Below are positions 11,850-23,800 of a DNA stretch of 64,000 bases, piece after piece; within the stretch, counting starts at the first letter, position 1; every line of letters starts with the position of its first letter. The position numbers and the translations under genes are program-made. The stretch covers positions 52,406,401 through 52,470,400 of the forward strand of contig NC_057728.1 of NCBI RefSeq assembly GCF_004010195.1, read 5' to 3'. Source of the DNA: Chiloscyllium plagiosum (Eukaryota). The notes under the pieces are model-generated. The model did not search any database. It worked only from the letters and a program-made list of their open reading frames with translations, and was not told where the DNA came from.

Positions 11850-14800
11850 CTAATTTAGAGATGGAGAATAGTTACACAGTCACACAATACATTTCATAAT
11901 TTCCTGCAGGCAGAAACAAAACTTTTTTTAAAAAAAGTATTTATAACTTCAGGTGTAACATGGCATTTACCTTCTGTCAAAATTGTCCAGTGCTCCTGAT
12001 ATTGGACATCCTTCCCACCATTTTGGAGCCTTATGTGAGGAGCCCAAAAAACCAGTACTGCAATTTGCACATTTATTTATGAGACATGCATTTGCACAAT
12101 AATGTTTCTTTTTCTTGGTGGCATTCCTTGACTGTTTAATTCTAAATAAGGATATATCATATGGTCCAGTCTCCCCAGTAAAATCAGTTTGACTGTATCA
12201 AACCCTGCAATTGCTTTAAACACCTCAGTTAGGTCACCCCTCAATCTTCAAGAAAATGCAAGGCAAGCTGAGCCAACCTGTGTTCTTGAATTAGCCTCTT
12301 AATACAGGTAATAATCTGATGAATCTTAACTATGCCAAGCTAAGATACTTGTTCCTAAGGTTGAGAACTCAAATCAGAGCTCCTAATGGAATCTGACCAA
12401 GACTTTGTCCAAGATTTTGTACAACTGAAATATCACTTCCTCTCCTCGCCAACCTCCATGAGTAATGTCCAACATTCCATCATGCTTTTTGAACACTTTA
12501 AGTACATGTGCACTAACTTTTAAACACTTGTAGAATACTTACATTATATTCCTCTATTTTCACTTGATCCTGCTCTTTTAAATCCTCAAGCTTTTTCTTT
12601 TCTTCTTCAATTTTTTGAATATTCTTTTGCCAGGATTCCCTTTCGCTATACACAAAAGTAACAATTTAATTAGGATGGCTTATACCGTTTAAAACATTTT
12701 CACCCTTGCTTCCATTTTTGAATTAAAAGTGTGACCATTGCTTATTCAGGCAACTATTGATCCAACAGAAAAGGTTTTTCTCACTCTTTGTAATTGAGAG
12801 GTCTAGGATCTGGCAACTGTTCAGACATTACTCCTAGGCTCCTCCTACCACGTTCACGTCTCAATTAAATTTAGGTTCTTGGGGCATGGTGATTGGATCC
12901 ATAGTGACAGCCCCGGGTGTTGGTTAAACTACCCTTCCAGGTTCAATTGTTTTTACCTTGTTGCAGTGTTATTTGTGGTTATTTCCTATTAAAATACTAG
13001 GAAAGATTAAGGAAGCACTGGACATATAATGCAGGTGGATTGGAAAAATCAGGATGGTAGCAGATCTCAAGTAAAGGAATTTGTGGAATGTCTATGAAAT
13101 GGTGTTTTGGAGCAGCTTGTGGACAGTCCATTAGGGAACAGGCAGTGATGAATTTGGTGATGTATAATGACGCAGAGTTGGTTAGGAACCTTAAGGTGAA
13201 GGAATCCCTTGGGGCAGTGACCAGAATGTGATAGAATTCACCCTGCTGTTTGAGGGGAAGCAGCTGTAATCAGATGTAATGATATTATAATTGAGTAAAG
13301 GTAACTACAAAGACATGAGGGAAGAGGTAGCCAGAATTGATTGGAAGGGCAGCCCAGCAGTGATGTTGGAACAGCAATGGCAGTAGTATCTGGGGGTAAT
13401 TCGGGAGGCACAGCAGTAATTCATTCCAAGGAAGGAGAAATGTTCTAAGGGAAGGATGAGGTAATCATGCCTGACAAGGAACAGCATAAAAGTGAAAAAC
13501 ATAATGTGATGAAGATGAGTGGGAAGTCAGAGGATTGTGAAGCCTTGACAACAACCAGTGGATAACTAAAAAAGCAATAAAGAGGTGGAAGGTGATGAAC
13601 TATGAGAGTAAGCCTTCTAGTAATACAAAAGCAGACTTTTAGGCTTCTAAAAAGGTAAGAGAGAGGCAAGATTGGACATTGGACTGCTGGACAATGAGAC
13701 TAGAGAAGTAGTAATTAGAAACAAAAATAGTGGAAGAACCGATTAGGTACTCTGCATCAGTTTTCACAGTGGATGACACTGGCAGCATACCAATACTTCA
13801 AAGAGTCAAGGGCAGAGGTGAGTGTAATGGCTGTCACCAAGGAGAAGGTGCTGAGGAAGCTGAAAGGTCTGAGGTGAATAAATGGATCCCAGATCAGATG
13901 GACTGCACTCCAGCATTCTGCAGGGGACGGTTGAGTAGATTGTGGAAACATTGGTGGTGATCTGTCAGGAATCATGGAGTCAGGGAGAGTTCCAGAGGAC
14001 TGTAACACCCCTGTTTAAGAGGAGAGGGAGGCAGAAGACCAATTAAACCAAATCACCTGACCTCGGTCATTGGTAAAGATTTTAGAGTCCATTATTAAGG
14101 ATGAGATTATGGAGTGTATGGCAAAATAGAACTGAGTCAGGACAGCTTTGAGTAGGTAATGGACAAGTTAGACAAAGAACACCCAGTTGACATGATCTAT
14201 GTGGATTTCTTGAAGGCTTTTAACAAAGTACTGCAGAGAAGACTGCAAAATAAGATAGGAGTCCCATGGTTTTACAGGCTAGTTACAGGCATGGATAGAC
14301 AATTGCAGACTGGCAGACAGCAAAGAATGGAGATAAAGAAGTCTTTTTTAGGATGGCACCTGGAAACTAGGCAAGTTCCACAGGTATCTATGTTGGGACT
14401 AGAAATATTCACATAATACTATTAATGATCTGCACAAATATTATGTGAGATTATGCACTTTGGTATGAAGAATACAAGCATAGACTATTCTGGATGTAGG
14501 TTTGCTCGCTGAGCTGGAAGGTTCATTTCCAGACGTTTTGTCACCCTACTAGGTAACATCTTCAGTGGGCCCTCAAACGAAGCACTGTTGATAATTCCTG
14601 CTTTCTATTTATATGTTTGGGTTTCTTTGGATTAGTGATGTCATTTCCTGCAGTGACATAATTTCCGGTGGTGATGACATTTCCTGGTCTTTTTCTCAGG
14701 GGGTGGTAGATGACATCAAACACTATGTGTTTGTTGATAGAGTTCCGGTTGGAATGCCATGCTTTTCATGCGTGTCTCTGTTTGGCTTGTCCTAGGATGG

Positions 14801-17800
14801 ATGTCCCAGTTGAAGTGGTGTCCTTCCTCATCCGTATGTAAGGATACTAATAAGAGAGGGTCATGTTGTGTTGTGGCTAGTTGAGGTCCATGTATCCTGG
14901 TGGCTAGTTTTCTGCATGTTTGTCCAATGTACTGTTTGTTACAGTCCTTGCACAGCATTTTGTAAATAACATTAGTTTTGCTTGTTGTCAGTATAGGGTC
15001 TTTCAAGTTCATTAGCTGCTGTTTAGTGTGTTGGTGGGTTTGTGTGCTACCATGATGCCAAGGGGTCTGAGTAGTCTGGCAGTCATTTCTGAGATGCCTT
15101 TGATGTAGAGTAGAGTGACTAGGTTTTCTGGGTGCGTTTTGTCTGCTTGTTTGGGTTTGTTGCTGAGAAATCTGCGGAATGTGTTCATTGGGTACCCATT
15201 CTTTTTGAATACACTGCAAAGGTGATTTTCCTCTGCTCTGCATAGTTCCTCTGTGCTGCAGTGTGTGGTGGCTCATTGGAATAATGTTCTAATGCAGCTT
15301 TGTTTGTGGATGTTGGGAAGATTGCTTCTGTAGTTCAATATTTGGTCCATATGTGTTGTTTTCCTATAGACGCTGGTTTGAAGTTCCCCATTGGCTGTTC
15401 GCTCTACTGCGACATCTAGGAATGGCAGTTTGTTGTTGTTTTCCTCCTCTTTAGTGAATTTATGCCAGTAAGGGTATTATTGTCGGTCTTGGAGGTTTCC
15501 TCTAATTTGTTTCGTTTAGTGGTGACAAAGGTGTTATCCATGTAGCAGACCCAAAGTTTGGGTTGGATGGTTGGCAGAACTGTTTGTTCAAGTCTCTGCA
15601 TTACTGCCTCTGCTAAGAACCATGATATCGGAGGTCCCATGGGTGTTCTGTTGGTTTGTTTGTAGGCATAAAATTCACTAAAGAGGTGGAAAACAACAAC
15701 AAACTGCCATTCCTAGATGTCACAGTGGAGTGAACAGCCAATGGGGGACTTCAAACTAGCGTCTACAGGAAAACAACACATACGGACCAAATATTGAACT
15801 ACAGAAGCAACCACCCCAACATCCACAAATTAAGCTGCATTAGAACATTATTCCAATGAGCCACTACACACTGCAGCACAGAGGAACGACACAGAGCAGA
15901 GGAAAATCACCTATGCAGTGTATTCAAAAAGAATGGGTACCTAATGAACACAGTCTGCAGATTTCTCAGCAACAAACCTAAACAAGCAGACAAAACACAT
16001 CCAGAAACCCTAGCCACTCTCCCCTACATCAAAGGCATCTCAGAAATGACTGCCAGACTACTCAGACCCCTTGGCATCATGGTAGCACACAAACCCACCA
16101 ACACACTAAACAGCAGCTAATGAACTTGAAAAACCCTATACAGACAACAAGCAAAACTAATATTATTTGCAAAATACCGGGCAAGGACTGTAACAATCAT
16201 TACATTGGACAGAAATGCAGAAAACTAGCCACTAGGATACATGAACATCAACCAGCCACAAAACAACATGACCCTCTCTCACTAGTATCCTTACATATAG
16301 ATGAGGAGGGGTACCACTTCGACTGGGACAACACATCCATCCTAAGACAAGCCAGAGAAACGCATGAGAATTCCGAGAAGCATGGCTTTCCAACCGGAAC
16401 TCTATCAACAAACACATAGTGTTAGATGTCATCTACCATCCCTGAGAAAAAGACAAGGAAATGCCATCACCACAGGAAATGATGTCACAACAGAAATTAC
16501 ATCACCAACCCAAACATATAAATAGAAAGTAGGAATTATCAACAGTGCTTCGTTTGAGGGCCCACTGAAGATGTTACTTAGTAGGGTGACGAAACATCTG
16601 GAAATGAACCTTCCAGATCAGCGAGCAAACCTACATCCAGGACCTCAACCTGAGTTACAAATCTTCTCAAAGCTCGATAGACTATTCTCTAAATATGGAA
16701 AGGCTTTGGAAATCTGAAGCACAAAAGCACTTGAGAGTCCTAGATCAGGATTCTCTTAAGGTTAACAGTCTCTTATGTTTCAGTTGGCATTTAGGAAGCC
16801 AATACAACATTTGCATTCATTTCAAGAAGGCTACAAACAAGAGCAGAGATGTACTACTGAGGTTGTATAAAGCTCTGATCAGACTGCATTTGGAATATTA
16901 TGAACAGTTTTGGGCCCCATTTCTCAGGAAGAATATGCTGGCATTGGAGACAGTCCAGAAGCAGTTTACAAAAATAATCCTGGGGATGAAGGGCTTGTCA
17001 TGTAAGAAGCAGTTGAGGTCTCTGGGTCTGTACTTGATAGACATGTAGAACATGTTTATATTTTGGATGTGAACATCGGAGATATGGTTAGTAAGCTTTC
17101 AGATGACACCTAAATTGGAGGTGTAGTGGATTGCGAAGAAAGTTACCTCAGATTACAACAGGATCTTGACCAGATGGGCCAAAGGAGTGAGAAATGGCAG
17201 ATGGAGTTTAATTTAGATAAATGTGAGGTGCTGCATTTTGGAAAGGCAAATCAAGGCAGGACTTATACACTTAATGGTAAGGTCCTGGAGAGTGTTGCCG
17301 AACAAAGAGATCTTGGAGTACAGGTTCATAATTTCTTTTAAGTGGAGTCGCATGTAGATAGGATAGTGAAGATGGTGTTTGGTATGCTTTTCTTTATTGG
17401 TCAGAGCATTGAGTATGAGTTGGGAGATCATGCTGCGGCTGTACAGGACATTGGTTAGGCCACTTTTGGAATACTGTGTGCAATTCTGGTCTTCTTCTTA
17501 TCGGAAAGATGTTGTGAAACTTGAAAGGGTTCAGAACAGATTTACAAACATATTGCTAGGGTTGGAGGTTTGAGCTATAGGGACAGGCTGAATTGGCTAG
17601 GGCTGCTTTCCCTGGAGTGTCAGAGGTTGAGGGGTGACCTTATAGAGGTTTATAAAATCATGAGGGGCATGGATAGGATAAATAGACAAGGTCTTTTCTC
17701 TTGGGATGGGGGAGTCCAGAACTAGAGTGCATAGGTTTAGGGTGAGACTAAAGAGTTAAAAGGGACCTAATAAGGGGCAACTTTTTCAGGCAGAGGGTGG

Positions 17801-20800
17801 TTAGTGTATGGAATGAACCAGAGAAAGTGGTGGAGGCGTGGACAATTACAACATTTAAAAGGGATCTGTATGGGAATAAGAAGAAGGGTTAGAGGGATAT
17901 GGGCCAAATGCTGGCAAGGGATTGGTAAAGGGATTGGATGGCATGGTGGCTCAGCTGCCTCACAGCGCCAGGAACCCGGGTTCGATTCCTGCCTCGGGCA
18001 ACTGTCTGTGTGGAGTTTGCACATTTTCCCCGTGTTTGCGTGGATTTCCTCCGGGTGCTCCGGTTTCCTTCCATGATCCAAAGATATGCAGGTCAGGTGA
18101 ATTGGCCATGCTAAATTGCCCATAGTGTTAGGTGCATTACTCAGAGGTAAATATAAGGTAGGGGAATGGGTCTGGGTGGGTTACTCTTCGGAGGGTCGGT
18201 GTGGACTTGTTGGGCCAAAGGGTCTGTTTCCATACTGTAGGGAATCTAATCTAAATGGGACTAGATTAATTTAGGATATCTGGTCAGCTTGGACGAGTTG
18301 GCCTGAAGGGGTCTGTTTCTATGCTGTACATCTCAATGACACTATGATTCTAGTGGAGAGCCTAGGTCCCAAGGGCATAGCCTTAGAATGAAGGGACGAC
18401 CCTTTAGAACTGTGGAACTCAGTTCTACACAGCGCTGTGGAGGCCAAGTCATTGAGTGTATTTAACATAGAAATAGATAGGTTTTTGATTAATGAGGGGA
18501 TTGATGTTTACAGGGAGAAGGTAGGAGAACAGGATTGAGGATTACAGGGAGAAGTGGAGAATGGGCTTAATACTGTTCCTATATCTTATAGTCAAGGAAG
18601 TGCAAAACCAACAGTGGAATTAATTTGCTAGGTTCCACTGTTGCTGTCAGGCCAATATGGAAATTTATTTGTGGCACTACAACATTTGTATTTGTTAATA
18701 AAGATGCTTATTTATAATCCACAAAACCAACATTTGATTAGGTGCAAAAGCAAAATACGACAAATATTGGACATTTGAAATACAGTAAAAATAGAGAATG
18801 TTAGAAATGTTGGTCTTACAGTATCAATGGAAACAAGGCTAGCAATTCAGGTCAAGATGAACTTTCATCAATTCTGAAATGACAACTCCATTTCTCTCCA
18901 CAGGTGTTGCCTGAATAGCATAATATTGCCGCAATTAACGTTATTTTTAATTTATTTTTCTTAACCAACCTGTTCAGAGCTGTTATTATTATACAGTTCT
19001 GGAGCAGGAAGGATTTGAACCTAGGCCTCTCAATCCAGTGTAGGGACACAGAGGGTCCCCACTGGTACACTCTCATATTTCAGTTTCAACTAAAATACTG
19101 TAATGAAAAAAACAATAATGCAAAGCACAGTTTTAGAACAAGATTTTAACTCAAGGAATAATTTGCATTTTGATACCTTTGATATTCCTTATAGAGCAAT
19201 CCTTGTTGATGACGGATTACTGCAAATTTGCGTTTGTGATCTTCGGCGGCCTCTTGTAGTTTTTTTCCTTCTTTTTCTTTGTTTGAGATTTCCTAAATAA
19301 TAAGAAAAAAAAATCTGCTGGAAACAATTTTGCTGGTAAAAGGGTGGGAGGAAACACTCCTATTTTAAAAGTACACGTATTTGGTGAAATGCTGCAGTAG
19401 GCAGTTTCAAGCTGACATTTCTATCAATGGAGGGCACTTAGTGTCAAGTAGGTTTTTGACCTAACCAAGCAGTTTTGGTGTACCTGAAACAATAAAAAGG
19501 AGCTGATGTAGTTAATCTTATCACTCAACAAGTCGACAGTAACTGAATTAGTAAGGGGCAACCAAGCAAGGATGGGTCTTGGGAACCAATAGCTCAGTAG
19601 AACTCATGGGACAGTTCTGCTAAAGGCTGAGTGGCCTTCTGCTGTGCTACATCATAACACTGTGAAAAGATAAAAGAAAGAGATGGGTATGAATTGGGAT
19701 TGCATGCAGTGTGGTCATCTGGGACGAGGAAATTTGCCAAAAGCCACTGGAGAAAAATCTGAGAACAAGAAGCAAGCCAAATCCCTCATGTTCCTTTACA
19801 CACTGGGTCATATAAGGATTCATTGACAAAAGTCAAGGATAGAACCTTCTGCCTGTTAAGATGCCAATAAATTAATGGGTTATTTGCGAGTACTTTTTAA
19901 AATATGTCCATGGGATGTGGGTATCACTGGCTAGGCCAGCTTTTATTACCTGTCCCCTATTGCCTTGCAGGCAGTTAAAAATCACTCACTTTGCTGCTGT
20001 GGTCTGGAACCATGTAGACCAGACTAGGTAAGGATAGCAGATTTCCTTCCCTAAAGACTTAAGGCGTGGATCGGTACCTGGGACTACGACGTTGTGGCCA
20101 TCACGGAAACGTGGATAGATGAGGGACAGGAATGGCTGTTGGAGGTTCCTGGTTACAGGTGTTTCAGTAAGATTCGGGAGGGTGGGAAAAAAGGAGGGGG
20201 GGTGGCATTGCTAATTAGAAATGGTATAACGGCTGCAGAAAGGAAGTTTGAGGGGGATCTGCCTCTGGAGGTAGTATGGGCTGAAGTCAGAAATAGGAAA
20301 GGTGCAATCACCTTGTTGGGTGTTTACTATAGCCCCCCCAATAGCAGCAGAGATGTGGAGAAACAGATTGGGAAACAGATTTTGGAAAGGTGCAGAAGCC
20401 ACAGGGTCGTAGTCATGGGCGACTTCAACTTCCCAAATATTGATTGGAAGCTCTTTAGATCAAGTAGATTGGATGGGGCGGTATTTGTGCAGTGTGTCCA
20501 GGAAGCTTTTCTAACGCAGTATGTAGATAGTCCAACCAGAGGGGAGGCCATATTGGATTTGGTACTCGGTAATGAACCGGGACAAGTGGTGGGCTTGTTA
20601 GTGGGTGAACATTTTGGTGATGGTGACCACAATTCTGTGACTTTCACCTTGGTGATGGAGAGAGATAGGTGCGCACAACAAGGTAGATTTTATAATTGGG
20701 GGAAGGGAAATTACAATGCTGTAAGGCAGGATTTGAGGAGCATACGTGGGGAGCATAGGCTGTCAGGGAAGGATGTGGAGGAAATGTGGAACTTTTTCAA

Positions 20801-23800
20801 AGAGCAGATACGACGTGTCCATGATATGTATGTACCTATCAGGCAGGAAAGAAATGGTCGTGTGAGGGAGCCTTGGTTGACGAGAGAGGTTGAATGTCTG
20901 GTAAAGAGGAAGAAGGAGGCATACATAAGGTTGAGGAAACAGGATTCAGACAGAGCAGTGGAGGGATACAGGATAGCCAGAAGGGACCTGAAGAAAGGGA
21001 TTAGGAGAGCTAAGAGAGGGCATGAAAAATCCTTGGCGGATAGGATCAAGGATAACCCCAAGGCATTTTATGCGTATGTGAGAAACCTGAGAATGACGAG
21101 AACGAGGGTAGGGCCGATCAAGGACAGTAGTGGGAGACTGTGTATTGAGTCGGAAGAGATAGGAGAGGTCTTGAACAAGTACTTCTCTTCAGTATTTACG
21201 AACGAGAGGGACCGTATTGTAGAAGAGGAGAGTGTGAAATGGACTGGCAAGCTAGAAGAGATACCTGTTAGGAAGGAAGATGTGCTGGACATNNNNNNNN
21301 NNNNNNNNNNNNNNNNNNNNNNNNNNNNNNNNNNNNNNNNNNNNNNNNNNNNNNNNNNNNNNNNNNNNNNNNNNNNNNNNNNNNNNNNNNNNNNNNNNNN
21401 NNNNNNNNNNNNNNNNNNNNNNNNNNNNNNNNNNNNNNNNNNNNNNNNNNNNNNNNNNNNNNNNNNNNNNNNNNNNNNNNNNNNNNNNNNNNNNNNNNNN
21501 NNNNNNNNNNNNNNNNNNNNNNNNNNNNNNNNNNNNNNNNNNNNNNNNNNNNNNNNNNNNNNNNNNNNNNNNNNNNNNNNNNNNNNNNNNNNNNNNNNNN
21601 NNNNNNNNNNNNNNNNNNNNNNNNNNNNNNNNNNNNNNNNNNNNNNNNNNNNNNNNNNNNNNNNNNNNNNNNNNNNNNNNNNNNNNNNNNNNNNNNNNNN
21701 NNNNNNNNNNNNNNNNNNNNNNNNNNNNNNNNNNNNNNNNNNNNNNNNNNNNNNNNNNNNNNNNNNNNNNNNNNNNNNNNNNNNNNNNNNNNNNNNNNNN
21801 NNNNNNNNNNNNNNNNNNNNNNNNTGTGGAGGGTAGGTCTTGCCTTACAAGTCTTATTGAATTCTTCGAGGAGGTGACCAAGCATGTGGATGAGGGTAGA
21901 GCAGTGGATGTAGTGTACATGGATTTTAGTAAGGCATTTGATAAGGTTCCCCATGGTAGGCTTATGCGGAAAGTCAGGAGGCATGGATAGAGGGAAATTT
22001 GGCCAATTGGATAGAAAACTGGCTAACCGGTCGAAGGCAGAGAGTGGTGGTAGATGGTAAATATTCAGCCTGGAGCCCAGTTACAAGTGGAGTTCCGCAG
22101 GGATCAGTTCTGGGTCCTCTGCTGTTTGTAATTTTTATTAATGACTTAGATGAGGGAGTCGAAGGGTGGGTCAGTAAATTTGCAGATGATACGAAGATAG
22201 GTGGAGTTGTGGACAGTGAGGAGGGCTGTTGTTGGCTGCAGAGGGACTTAGATATGATGCAGAGCTGGGCTGAGGAGTGGCAGATGGAGTTCAACCCTGC
22301 CACGTGTGAGGTTGTCCATTTTGGAAGAACAAATAAGAATGCGGAATAGAGGGTTAATGGTAGGGTTCTTAGTCAGGTGGAGGAACAGAGGGATCTTGGG
22401 GTCTATGTACATAGATCTTTGAAGGTTGCCACTCAGGTGGATAGAGTTTGTAAGAAGGCCTATGGAGTATTATCGTTCATTAGCAGAGGGATTGAATTCA
22501 AGAGTCGTGAAGTGATGTTGCAGCTGTACAGGACTTTGGTTAGGCCACAGTTGGATTACTGTGTGCAGTTCTGGTCGCCTCACTTTAGGAAAGATGTGGA
22601 AGCTTTGGAGAGGGTGCAGAGAAGATTTTCCAGGATGTTGCCTGGAATGGAGAGGAAGTCGTACGAGGATAGGTTGAGAGTTCTCGGCCTTTTCTCGTTG
22701 GAACGGCGAAGGATGAGGGGTGACTTGATAGGGGTTTATAAGATGATCAGAGGAATAGATAGAGTAGACAGTCAGAAACTTTTTCCCCGGGTACAACAGA
22801 GTGTTACAAGGGGACATAAATTTAAGGTGAAGGGTGGAAGGTATAGGGGAGATGTCAGGGGTGGGTTCTTTACCCAGAGAGTGGTGGGGGCATGGAATGC
22901 GCTGCCCGTGGGAGTGGTAGAGTCGGAATCATTGGCGACCTTTAAGCGGCATTTGGATAGGTACATGGATGGGTACTTAATCTAGGTTAGAAGTTCGGCA
23001 CAACATCGTGGGCCGAAGGGCCTGTTCTGTGCTGTATTGTTCTATGTTCTATGTTCTAAGACATTAGTGAACCAGATGGCTTTTTACGTCAATTGATTGT
23101 GGTGACATGATTGCCATCAGATTAACTTTTTTTTTAATTTATTGAATTAAAATTTCACAATCTTTTGTGGTGGGATTCAAACCTATGTCCCCAAAGTGTC
23201 GGGTCATGGATTAATAGTCAAGTGACATGATCATTTCCCAGCCATCTCACCTCTTTACACCTTATAACATGATCAAAACCTGTGACTCATGGAGCTCACG
23301 CCAGTTCACCATCTTCAACTACCCTGGGAGATTCTTGTGCAAAATATATCTGTCTGCACTTGGATAAGGTATATTAATTATACATCAATGGAGCATTAAT
23401 TGCATTGATGTTATGGACATAAACAGGGTTGCACTTGTGGTCATATATGTGGTGCAGTAATAGTTCCCCTACCTTGAGGCCAGAAGGTCTGTGTGTAAGC
23501 TATAACTGTCATGGAGGTGTGTCATAGAATGATCAAACATGCTGATTAAAAAATGTGTGTGAACAGGCGGAAATTCTGTTGGTTGAATTTAGAAGTACAA
23601 TATGTCTCTCTGTAAATAAAAGCTTATACACGTTTAAAGATTATAATCTGGTTCTATCCTTTATCACCTGGCTCTGAAAGATATAAAAAGGTATGTGTTT
23701 TAAATAATTTGAACTTTGCCTTCTCTAAGAATGAAGAGATACGGTTGGATGGGATTTAATGAAATGATGGCACAGCATGGGGAGGAAGTGAAGAATACAC

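Larger units (their letters stand above)
12995..18590 (+). mobile_element. Old CR1 ORF2, interrupted by a Penelope-like element (14492-16676) and a second CR1 (about 17055-18350) that itself holds a SINE
   Basis: Collinear decayed fragments DFLKAFNKV (14159-) and [13 protein letters not shown] (16695-), resuming at about 18355. Confidence 0.8.
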
